A DNA stretch of 63,439 nucleotides, filler included, from Octopus bimaculoides (GCF_001194135.2; 5 parts of 5 records of this genome joined end to end with filler, not necessarily neighbours in it), one strand, 5' to 3'; shown: positions 49,281-61,324, counted from the whole stretch's first letter. Numbers and translations are program-made. Notes: generated by a model not told the origin, from the letters alone.

Positions 49281-49350
49281 ACAGCAGACGCGTTTCAGGA
49301 TTATGATTAATAATTAATAATTAATAATCAATTTCCTTCATCAGTACTGT
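49281..49350 (-). ncRNA. Minimal type-I hammerhead ribozyme, apparently intact
   Basis: Minus strand reads ACAGUA-CUGAUGA-AGGA-[AU-rich extension with UGAUUA/UAAUCA]-UCCU-GAAAC-GC-GUC-UGCUGU. 6-bp stem I, 4+ bp stem II, all core nucleotides, palindromic ACGCGU stem III, GUC site. Confidence 0.88.
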
Positions 49351-49357
49351 ATTCCAA

Positions 49358-49582
49358 TAGTAAATTTGACTATGCTAGCAAACCGTGCAAGCATGGACGA
49401 GTAATATTCCACACCGACACAGATCAGAAAGCATAACCGAATCCACCTCGGTCAGCCAGTCTAACTGTCCCTTCCTCAAGAAATTACCATGTGCGCGACA
49501 AGTTGGTATTGTCTGATCTGTGTCGGTGAGGAATATTACTCGTTCATGCTTGCACGGTTTGCTAGCATAGTCAAATTTACTA
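49358..49582. mobile_element. MITE-like foldback element, 71-bp inverted arms (2 mismatches)
   Basis: 49358-49428 is the reverse complement of 49512-49582; 83-bp spacer; no coding capacity. Confidence 0.85.
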
Positions 49583-50048
49583 CTGTCACTCTTTCTCCCT
49601 CACTCCTCCTTCCTTGCTCACGTGGCTCCCACGTGACCATCGCCCATCTTTCTTTCTTCTCCTAGCTTGTGTTTCTTTCTTCCTCTTCGTTGTTACTGGA
49701 ACAAGGAAGACGTGTTCTTACTTGTCTCCTGTCCAAGCTTGATTTATGCGTTTGCCACCGTAACCTCGTTTAAGCTTAGCAGACCTTCCTGGTTGTTTTC
49801 ACTGTCCCGTTTGTGTTACGAATCTTGACCCTCCGCAAAATATAAAATTCTATTTAACTGTTTTATCGAAAGTGTATATTGTTGTTAAATGCTCGAAATA
49901 CGAGACTACAAAAACAGCCAACAACTTTGTTGTTTGTTTTGTTTTCCATTTGTGTCTTTCGTTGTTCGAAAGATTAGTTCATGTTCCATGTACTCGTGCT
50001 TCGTATTTTTTTGTTGTACACGTTTCGTGACGTCCTGTGCCCACATAT

Positions 50049-50127
<79 letters not shown>

Positions 50128-50254
50128 AGTATAGATGTAAGTATGTACATATACGTATGCATATATGCATATATATATTATTTATATTATTATGATTGAA
50201 CGCCACACATCCTCTTCCAAGTAAGTTTTATCTATCTATCTATCTCTCTCTCTA

Positions 50255-50595
50255 TTTTACTCTTTTTCTTGTTTCAGTCATTCGACTGTGGCCATGCTGG
50301 AGCATCGGCTTAATCGAACAAATCGACCCCAGGACTTATTCTTTGTAAGTCTAGTACTTATTCTATCGGTTCTTTTGCCGAACCGCTAAGTTACGGGGAC
50401 GTAAACACACCAGCATCGGTTCTCAAGCGATGTTGGTAGGACAAACACACAAACACACATATATATACATATACAAATATATATACGACGGGGTTTTTTC
50501 ACTTTCCGTCTACCAAATCCACTTACAAGGCTCTGGTCGACCCGAGGCTATAATAGAAGACACTTACCAAGAACCATGTGGTTTGTAAGCAAGCT
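50255..50595 (-). mobile_element. Family B SINE
   Basis: Tail, microsatellite and head in reverse orientation. Confidence 0.85.
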
Positions 50596-50863
50596 ACTTT
50601 ATTTCATAAAAATTCGCCATTGGAGGCGTTACAGAGAGGAGACAAACAAGGACAGACAAACATAAGAGGGAAGTAGCTTAAACGTTTTTTAAAAAATTTT
50701 ACAAGTTACGAATAAATTAAAATATGATTAAAAATTAATTTTAAAATTAATTTTAAAATATTACACAAGAAATCATTGCACTTCGCAATGAGGTAGCTAG
50801 AAGGAAGGCAACCGACCATCCTGGTAGAACCTTTGCTTCCCAAATTGACCTCACTTATTTGGT

Positions 50864-50963
50864 NNNNNNNNNNNNNNNNNNNNNNNNNNNNNNNNNNNNN
50901 NNNNNNNTTAATTAATTAANNNNNNNNNNNNNNNNNNNNNNNNNNNNNNNNNNNNNNNNNNNN
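50864..50963. other. Assembly linker 44 N + TTAATTAATTAA + 44 N
   Basis: Same construct as 4233-4332. Confidence 0.95.
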
Positions 50964-52689
50964 GTATACATAATTGAGTTTTTAAATGACTGAAATAACA
51001 AGTAATTAAAAATGCGACATTTCATGTGAAAGAGCCTAATATTTTTTAATATACGGCAATATATGTTTTGGGTTGTAGGAAAGTATTCTAGAAATTAAAC
51101 TCATTGTACAGATATATATCACTATATTTCTATAATTACATTAGTATTGTCATGATTTTGTGGTGTTTCTGTCTATTTTGTTGAGGTTAAATATCTAAGA
51201 ACTTATATTTCCTAAACACATATATCTTACCTTGACGGAGTTTCTATTAAAACGTTTGTGGTATCTATGAGAAACGTGAACAAACGTACTTAGCATAATT
51301 AGCATCATCTTGCTATATTAATGGACACATTTATCAGTTTTCAATTAAATCATTCTATTTTTCTGTTGCTTTCCTTAGTTAATCTTATTAGATTGGTACT
51401 ATATTCTTTATCATGTCATTGAATGCTCTATGGCATTAAGGAGTGACAATACTTTCACGATATTTACTGATGATGCATTTAGTGGAAGCAGACGGATAAT
51501 TAAAAGTTTCGTTAATGTACTTATATTCTTCATTCATCTTATTATATGAGACTTACTTATCAGGGTTTAAGATTAATATTATGTCTCGGAATTTTACTGT
51601 TTTCAGGATAATGTTCATCGCAATACTTAGATTCAATTGTCTGTATATACTAATTAATAATCTACCAAGTTTTTCTACGCAAAATATACCTGTACATTTA
51701 TGTGTGTGTGCATATATGCATGCATTTATATGCATGTGTGTATATATTATATATATGTGTGTGAATATGTGTGTGTGCATGTGTGTGTGTGTGTGTGCAT
51801 GTGTGTGCATAAGTAAATACGTTTTACCATTCAGTTGGAGTAATTCTCCATTCGAGAGAAACGAAAAATAGCAGTTAAAATGCCCAGAAGAAGCCATTGC
51901 TTATTTATCACATCATAACGTATTTTAAAGTGCAATATGTACACTGACAGTTGAGTGAAACGTCACGTAGACAAAAAGAACTCAATATGACTGCAGAATG
52001 ATTAAAGAGTAAATATTATATGAGCTCTGTTTCCTTTAAACTATTACTTATGTATGTATGTGTGTGTGTATGTATGTGTGTTTGTATGTGTGTTTATGTG
52101 TGTGTGCATAAACACACACAGGTGTACTAGTTTGACGCTCAGGAAAGTGCGAAATATATATTTGCATCTGTATGTAAGCATGCATATAATCGTACATATA
52201 ATTATACACACACGTGTGTATACATACAAACATACCCACAAAACGTGCACATGTGCATACACACACATATCCACAGTTCCTTTAAAATTAAGGTAGTGGC
52301 CAACTGAAGTTTCTATTTTAGGTTCTTCCTCTGGTTCTGTGAGAAGAAATTTTGGTTTAAAAGAATAGCTTCCTCACTGGAAGTGGGGTAATATATAATT
52401 GCAATTAATTTCAAATTATTTCAACTCTCCATCTCAACTATACCACTCTGTACTCAGATCTATGCATTTTGTCCGACACACTAACGGTTCTGCCACCTTA
52501 CTGCATTTTTGCATGTATGAATGTATGTATGTATGTATGTATGTATGTATGTATGTATGTATGTATGTATACATGTAGACTAGTTCTTCTCTTTGAGTTT
52601 ATGTTGTCCATGTACAGAGTGTGGGATTACATTTGTGCAAATCCTTTTCTTACTATAAAAATTATCATGCACAGTATCGCTTCAAAAAG

Positions 52690-52940
52690 TAAGACCTCTC
52701 ACAAAAATGGCTGGTCGTAGTCTTAAAAGACAATCATTCACATGCAAAGTAGAAATTGTACTGGCGTAAATGGCAATAAGGACTCTGGAACGAGTTCGCA
52801 AAAGAGCTCCAACGTCAATCATACTTGTCAACTGTGTGGAAAAGAATGTAGATTTGTGGCTGGACTGAAGAGTCATCATCGCATGCGTGGGACTTTCGAT
52901 CAGGAGATGGCAATACACGAACACGAGGTTGCAGATATCG
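52690..52940 (+). mobile_element. 3' end of an RTE-like LINE
   Basis: HTCQLCGKECRFVAGLKSHHR matches the C-terminal CxxC...GL.SH.R motif also seen at the end of the 14845-15810 element; followed by (TATG)n. Confidence 0.65.
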
Positions 52941-53084
52941 TGTATGTATGTATGTATGTATGTATGTACGTATGTATGGACAGATGGATGGATGCATGCG
53001 TGCATGTATGTGCGTGTATATATTGTTCCAAACATTTGACTGCTGTCATCCTGCAGCACCGCTTTAAAGGGATATTTTATTCCC

Positions 53085-53200
53085 CAGGATTTATTCTTTG
53101 AAAGCATAGTACTTATTCTATCGGTCTCTTTAGTCGAACTACTAAGTTATGGGACATAAACACACCAGCATCGGTTGACAAACGATGGCTGGAGAGACAA
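53085..53200 (-). mobile_element. Family B SINE tail fragment
   Basis: TAGTACTTATTCTATCGGTCTC...CACACCAGCATCGGTTG. Confidence 0.75.
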
Positions 53201-54057
53201 CATAAATACATACACACACATATACACGCATACTTATCTATATATGTATGTATGTATGTATGTATTCCTGCATGCATGCATGTATATTTCGTATGTAGGT
53301 TTTGTATGCATGTATGTTTACTTCATTTAGATTTATTACGCTCTAAGTCTATCTCTTGTTAGGACTTTCATTCATTACTACTGGCACAATACTGGAAGCT
53401 AATATAAATAAGACGCATAGTCACAAAGATCGGGCAGTAACACGAAAAAATAATATACTAAATCAATAACGGAAAAATTAGAAAATAAATCAGAATATAG
53501 GGTCGGAAGAGACAACATGGTAGATAAGAAAAAGAAGCGTCATGAAAAACACAGTTTATGTTTTGACATTAACAGAACATTAGAAAACACGCATAAGTTT
53601 ATATTCATATATTTTATTGATAATATGACTGTGTTCTGCTTTTTTTTTAATATAGTTTTTTTCCTTTTATTCTTTACTTTATACGCCATCAGTCATATAT
53701 TTAATATTGTTTGTGACGGTTTTGTTTGTGTTATTTTGTATGTGTGTATTGTCTGTACTTTTATTTTAGTGTAATACTGAGAGCTGCTTCTTCCCCCATT
53801 TATAGCCTGTTTCCGTGGGAATTATGGAATTATGTATATATATATTGGGAGTAATATGATTTAAAATGACGTAAGGTAATAGCTACATACAATTAATGTT
53901 CTGGAGTTAACCTATTAAGCTATTAAGGATTTCCCACTGTCGAAACTTTCATTGACGCCCTGCTATATACACTGGTTTATTTAGCTTTTGTATTAGTACA
54001 AAAATTGAATAACGTGATTTGATACCTATCTGCCAGCTAATGCTTTTATTATATATA

Positions 54058-54215
54058 AGCGCGGGTGTAGCTGTGTAGTAAGAAACTTGTTCCCGAATCA
54101 CACAGTTTGGGGTTCAGCGCAAATGTGTGACACATTGGGTAAGTGTCTTCTACTATAGCCTCGAGCCGATCAAAGCCTTGTGTGTGGATTTGGTAGAAAG
54201 AAACCAGTCGTAGAT
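54058..54215 (+). mobile_element. Family B SINE head followed by (TA)n
   Basis: GTGTAGCTGTGTAGTAAG...GGGTTCAG...TTGGTAGAAAGAAAC. Confidence 0.75.
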
Positions 54216-55014
54216 ATATATATATATATATATATATATATCCTATTTTCTGCTCCCTCTCACAGAAATAATAGTAATAAAATTTGTAGGTTGTGTTTGG
54301 AAGAAAACTATCGCATAATGAGAATGAATAGAAATTTGGTTAATACTAAGGATGAGAAAGTCGACTGGTGTAAACACATGACCAAATTCCTATTTATCAA
54401 TCTTAAATATTTCTTCATTCTCTCTTGCTTAGATTAGGTTTTGGTGTTTTTTTAAAAATATTTCTATATATTATCTTTTTTTAGGGCATATGATTACTCA
54501 TCATATCTACTTTACATTATTATGCCTTACACTATTTTGGTATTTTTTTTATTTAACATCTCCTTCTAACAATTGCATCACTCACCTTATATAGAGCTAA
54601 CACTTTATCCATCTCTCCTTACACCTTATTTTTTCTCAATATGTCTGTTTTCTTTTTAAAAATTATATCTTTCCTTAGTATATAATATACCCATATTTTT
54701 TGTATTTTATTTTATTAGCTCAATGTGTCCATTTAAATCCCCTCAACACACCCATTCTAACTATTAATGGTTTATGTTACTTGTCACTATACCTGGTAAT
54801 TAAATATATTTTACTGCTGATATATGCAAACAAGTATGCACATATAGAACTTCTTGGTGTCCTGTATGTCTACAACTATGTGTGCATATCTAGGTATGGA
54901 TCTTATATCATCTGTGTGTGTATATCTATTATTTTGTGTTTATTTACTATATGTTGCCATTAACATGTATCTTTTAATATGAACGTGTGTATCTGCGTAT
55001 ATACGTATGTTTCG

Positions 55015-55084
<70 letters not shown>

Positions 55085-56378
55085 NNNNNNNNNNNNNNNN
55101 NNNNNNNNNNNNNNNNNNNNNNNNNNNNNNNNNNNNNNNNNNNNNNNNNNNNNNNNNNNNNNNNNNNNNNNNNNNNNNNNNNNNNNNNNNNNNNNNNNNN
55201 NNNNNNNNNNNNNNNNNNNNNNNNNNNNNNNNNNNNNNNNNNNNNNNNNNNNNNNNNNNNNNNNNNNNNNNNNNNNNNNNNNNNNNNNNNNNNNNNNNNN
55301 NNNNATATATATTTGTACGGTGTGTCTTCTTTTATGTATACCCTAATAAAAAAAACACAACTACAGTTCCTATATCTATGAATACTAATGGGCAATTATG
55401 CCTGTACTCACGTATGAGTAAATATATACAAACACTTTTTTCCTTGAAACATTTTTTCTCTGACATTATGTATAAATTTTTTGTATACTTATATGCACCC
55501 CCATACCCGTACCTTTTCTTATATTTTTAATACACAATACTCTTCTATTACTTGACTATTAATACTACCCTAATACCATTAAATATCCCAGTTACATTAT
55601 GCCAAGCTAGTTCCTTTACCTAATTTTTTAAATTTATACTAAAATATAGTTACTTTATAACCTTACATATCAATACATATAAAATCGACCTTTATTTACT
55701 ATTTCATTCCCACCTCATTTACCTCCCCTACATTCTTTTATCTTTCCGTATTCCAGCATCCATTAGTTATTTCAACTTCACTTTTTTCATCTTTATAGCC
55801 ACAGCAAGTATTTACTATCTAAATTGTAATAACAACTATTTTTTTTTTCTGTTTTTACTTATTTTCTACCTTATATTTAATACATTCTAACGAATGTTCG
55901 TTCTTATGCAAACGTAAGCCCATCTTAGGTATCTTATTCACTCACTCTTTAACACTTTTTTACCTCTCTAACACTTGTTTAATTTAACTATATAGTAACT
56001 CCTTATACACTATCTCCTCTAGATTAACTTCATTCTCATGCATTAATTTTTTTTTTAAATATACACCACACTAAGTAATGTTTTTAACTGTCAGGTCATA
56101 TCTTAAATGGACATTTCTATACAATTAGTCATTTCTATACAATTTTTGCCCTACACGACTTATTTGGTGTTAACATTTCTAGTCTTCTTACTCATCTATA
56201 GAGAGAACGTCTCTGAAACCTCTTTTGCTTATATTTTAAAATAACTGTTATAGCCTTCAGTTATATTTAATACCTAACAGGACTCACATCTCTTTTTCTC
56301 ATAACGATAAATATGAATCTCCTGGATTCTATTCTGCTGTTTACTTTCTCAAGTTCGTTGTAAAAATTTTGTTTATAC

Positions 56379-56494
56379 TTCTTGCACTGAAGAGTACATT
56401 GATATATAATTTATTCAGTTAATTTAATTTAATTCAACTCAATCATGAATTTGCATTATTTTATATCTATGTACGAAACGATATTCTGCATGAA
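56379..56494 (+). ncRNA. Type-I hammerhead-like motif with long stem II
   Basis: UUC.U.UGCA-CUGAAGA-GUACAU.U.GAUAUA...UAUAUC.U.AUGUAC-GAAAC-GAUA-UUC-UGCA.U.GAA. 7-bp stem I and 12-bp stem II, each with one U.U mismatch; stem III imperfect. Confidence 0.65.
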
Positions 56495-56828
56495 TTAAAA
56501 TTCTCTTATATATTCTAGCAACTTCTTTTCTCCATTTTTATCTAAATCGATGCGTTTTATGAGATTTCTTTCCATCAATTCACAACGCATCGTATACAAG
56601 TATTATTTTCATCTTCGTAAACTTACGCCTGTAAACTACCAGCAAAATATGAAGAATCAACATTAGAAATCTGTTTTGGAAACCTCCAAATTAACGGACG
56701 AATAAAAATTCAAACTTTTTACACCTATCTACATACATACATACATACATACATAGAAAAGATGTTTATCTCTTCCATTTTTCGCTTTTCTCAAGGCAAA
56801 CTTTCCCTCTCTCTGTACATTCTTAGCA

Positions 56829-56881
<53 letters not shown>

Positions 56882-57024
56882 TATAAAAATATATCACTCA
56901 CGTGAGTTTGTGNNNNNNNNNNNNNNNNNNNNNNNNNNNNNNNNNNNNNNNNNNNNNNNNNNNNNNNNNNNNNNNNNNNNNNNGTGTGTGTGTGTGTATG
57001 TGTGTGTGTGTGTGTGTGCTTGTG

Positions 57025-58415
57025 TGTAAGGAATTTCGTTCGGGCAACAAAGTGATTTAAAAAATGGATTTAAAAGACAATGTATTTTAATGCCCCACTT
57101 TTCTGTTAGAAAATGAAAGGAAGAACGGTGGCATACAAGACCTACTTGATTAAGAAGGGAAAAAATTGATCACATGACAACAGAGCAAGTAGAGAAGGCG
57201 CTGAAGCCAACCTGGCAAGAAATAACATACCTTGCCAGACGGTCGATATTTAGAGAAGTTGAAGGCAGGTTCATAAATGAAAGCACGGCGAAAAAACACG
57301 CGGCAACACCACTAAGGGACGAAGAGTTAGTACTTCAACCTACGTACCTGGGACAGAGAGCGTCTCGGGTAAGGGTTGAAGGAATTCCACCAGAGATAGA
57401 TTCGGCCTGGATAGCGGCTGCTGCCTTGGATGAGACCGAGGACAAAATAGCAGTACTCTAGCCACAAAAACGGAAAGCGTGAATTGGAAATGTCAAGTTT
57501 TGAACATGATAATTCAAGGTTCAAATGAAGCAATAGAAGAAATGGTGGAGATGGTGAATGTGAACGAAACCATAATGAATGTAAGGGTGGAGGGCAGAAT
57601 ATCTCGCTGTTTTAAATGTGGTCAGAAGGGCCACATAAGAGCGGAATGCTCTCCACCGGATAAAAGAGTGGAGGAAATACAAGAAGATCCTGAGGAGAAG
57701 CCACAAGAGAAGCCCCGGGAAGGACAAGAGGAGGAAGAAATGGTTCCAGAAAAAGAAAAAAGAAGAATGGGAAAATACTGGAAAAACAAAGAGAAGGAAG
57801 AGGAAAAAGACAAGTCCGACACACACAGAACTTCACCCAACAACTACCCAAGGCGCACCCATACCCTCTTTGTCCCACCCTCGCTCTGCAGACACTAAGC
57901 CTTCCCATTCCCCTCCATCACAAGAACAAAAGAAAAGATTACATTCACACAATGACTGACAAATTTCCCCTCCCATTGGCTGTTTTGCGTGTATAATGTA
58001 CGATGATGATCTGTTTGAAAAGGCAATTGAATGGGAGAACACGGATCATGTTGATATAGAGGCTAAGGACGGAGTGGAAGGTATAGGGCTATTAATAACG
58101 GAACAGCAAAGGATGGGAAGAAAGAGACACCAGGGGGAATATGAACTGGAAAGTTGACTTTGAGAAAGAAAAACTTCCACAGGATATAGAATTTAAAGAA
58201 CTTTTAAAATGTATGGCGTAAACATAATGGAGAACAGAGGAAAGGAAGCAAGCGATGTTACTTGATGGGGCAAGTTACACCATTTTCATTTTTACATTTT
58301 TACATCTTTCATTATATCATACGTTTTATTATTATTTTTTTTATTTTGGCAATTGTATGTCCCCAATGTTATGTATGTCCTTCTTTGTTGGCCCTTTATG
58401 GGTAATAATAAATTT
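57025..58415 (+). mobile_element. ORF1-only Tx1-related retroelement, copy 1 (decayed)
   Basis: TTEQVEKALKPTWQEITYLAR...RVEGIPPEIDSAW; intact knuckle CFKCGQKGHIRAEC; C-terminal DDDLFEKAIEW block; T-rich 3'UTR with TGTATGTCCCC and AATAAA (58407-58412); no APE or RT. Confidence 0.75.
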
Positions 58416-58439
58416 ATTTGTGCTGCTTTGCAGCGGTTT

Positions 58440-60015
58440 GTGTGTCTAACGTTTGTTTGTTTGGCTTTTTTTTGTCGTAAGAGGAGAGATAGCTTGGCAA
58501 AGGCATATCTGTAGAAAATTATAGCTTCTCAGACATATCGTCGGCCGAGGAAGAGTTATTGGAGGTGGTCCAGAAAATGGACTATAAACTGAAAGAAATT
58601 TTGCCGATGTAGTAAAATGTCAGGGGACCGAATTGAATATTGAGGAACTCGGATGACAGAGAGGTGAAATGAATCGTGATGGTTTCGATGTAAAGTTATC
58701 GCCCCCGCAAGAAATACGAAACAGGATAAAGGATAAAACTATAAAGTATCGAACCTTTTCGATAAACAAAGGTAAGATAGATATTGTCACTACAGAGCAG
58801 GTAGAAAAGGCGCTGAGGCCAATTTGAAATGATATAGTGTACCTGGCAAGAGGTACGACGTTCGGTATAGTGGAGGTGAGGTTTCGAGATGCAGCATCAG
58901 CGAGAAAACGGGCGGCGACAAATATCAGGAGTGAGGAAGTGGTGCTTTTTCCCCCCTTACCGAGGAATGAAAGCTACAAGAATGAGTGTCGAAGGGATCC
59001 CACCAGAAATTAATGTGGCGTGGGTGGCAGACGCTGTCCTCCTTGGAAATGAGGACAGCATAGTTGTTCTCCAGCCCACAATGAAGGATTGCGTTCGTTG
59101 GAAGGGACAGACGCTAAATATGATAGTACAAGGTTCAAATGAAACTTTGGAAAATATTACGGAATCAATAATAATGGAGGAAACAGTAATTACAGTCAGG
59201 GTCGAAGGCAGGTTTCCACACTGCTTTAAATGTAGCCTAAAGGGCAACATTAGAGCAGACTGCACGACAAGGACCAGAAATGCAGAAGAGAAACAACCAA
59301 ATAATAAGGAGGAGGGAAAAGAAGACAACCCCAGAAAGGATGAGAAAGTAGCAGAAACAGAGGATAAATGGGAAAAGACCACAGGAAGAAAGAGAAAGAA
59401 AGCAAGTGAATTGAGCTGTAAACCCCAATCCACACCCATCCTACCCACATCCTCTCAGACCCACCATCCCCTGCTGACACGAACCCTACCTATCCCCATC
59501 CGACACAAAAACAAAAGAAAATGTCAAACACACACAAAGAAGTTCAAAACCCCTCCCCCAAGGCAAAAAAGGAGAAAAAGTGTAAAGTTTACATGTTATA
59601 TCGAGATAATGATGAACTGTTAAATGAAGTGTTGTCATGGGACGGCTTGAAAGAAGTTGGACCTGTTGGGTTTGATAATATTTTGGAGTTTCACAGGTGT
59701 GTGATGCCAGATAAAGAACAGGAGATAATACGTACGTTTAAAAACGCTTATGGTTCATTGAAGTTGGACTACGACTGGGGCTTACTTCCAAGTTACACAA
59801 CTTATGACAAGCTGTTAGAGGAAACGGGCTTTGACATGTTAGAAGGATCGGGTTTTAAAAGGTAGAAAATAGTGTTGCTCGTAATTGGGGCGAGTAGTTC
59901 CATTTTCATTTTCATTTTTCGTTCATATTGTCATAATTTTAAAGTTTTGTTGTATGTCCCAAATGTCTTGTGTTGTCCCATTTATGTGTGCTCCTTGCGG
60001 GCAATGAAAGAATAT
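58440..60015 (+). mobile_element. ORF1-only Tx1-related retroelement, copy 2 (decayed)
   Basis: TTEQVEKALRPI*NDIVYLAR...VEGIPPEINVAW; knuckle CFKCSLKGNIRADC; C-terminal DNDELLNEVLSW...FKNAYGSLKLDY; 3'UTR with TGTATGTCCCAAATG...CTCCTTGCGGGCAATGAAA; no APE or RT. Confidence 0.75.
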
Positions 60016-60394
60016 ATATTATACAAAATTTATTATGGATTACTGCAGAAGACTTACCAAAGGGGCATTTACTGATTTCAAGATTCTCATAATAAAGTGT
60101 ACTTACCAAAATCAAAAACAGTATCTTTTAATTTATATTTCAAACAAACACCATTTTCCCATATTACTTCATATTTTAAAAAAAAACTACCATTTGATAA
60201 ATTATACAAACTTCACATTTTATATCTCTGAGGTGCAGAAGTATTGTCTATAAAAGTTTATCAATATAGGATGCCATTATAGAGACAATACTCTTGCGAA
60301 ACAAAAGTAAGATGCTTTAAAAACTTAATTTTAAACTATTAAATTTTAAACTGTCATATTTATTATTATATATTTATACTTATACATATTTACA

Positions 60395-60450
<56 letters not shown>

Positions 60451-61291
60451 TATATATATATATTTATTTATTTATATTTTTAATACAATAATTATTCTAC
60501 ACGTGTATATATCTTTCTGAAGAATTTTCTGATATTAATTTCCTGATATTATTAACAATATATGTATATATGTGTGCATGTTGGTGCATATGTGACATGT
60601 CTACGTATACTTTCCTCCCACCAATGTATATTCACAAGGCTTTGGGAAGTCTAAGGATGGGTCGCTGAAAACATATCAATCAAGAGTTATGTTTGATTAG
60701 AAGAGTTATAGCCTCCGCCAATATTTAATACTTTGTGAGACAGTTCGAAATAAATACAGAGTAGGTGGTAAAAAACACTAGCAGTAGGCATTTACGTGTC
60801 ATTTTCATTATCACTAAGGAACAAACTGAGACCTAAGTTTAGTTTCCCAGATATAAATTGCAAAAACTCCCAACTGAGACACAATTCTTTTGATTCCAGC
60901 TGAACATTTATTTTTATGATCAGAAATTATTTTTTTAAAAATCTCCAGACACTTTTTGTGTCGTTTTACATGTGTAAAGTTGCACAAATTGTTTACAATT
61001 TGCCATCAGCCACGCACATTCTACATAAAATTGGAAAATGTAATAATTCCAACACACACACAACATAAATGAAAATGCATGTGGATATATCATATGAATA
61101 TTTGCATTTCATCATATATAATCATATACCAAAAAATACTCAAACACGCACACACATACACACAAACGCGTACGTACGTGAGTGTGAGTAATATGCATAT
61201 AACATATTTTTACTATACTTTAATATGTGTATATGTGTGTGCATGCATGTGCGTATATATGGGAATTTATATATGCATATGTGTTTGTATG

Positions 61292-61324
<33 letters not shown>

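Noticed and set aside
51467-51500. CTGATGA-TGC...GCA-GAC hammerhead-like string
   Set aside because: GAAA is missing and stem I does not pair convincingly.
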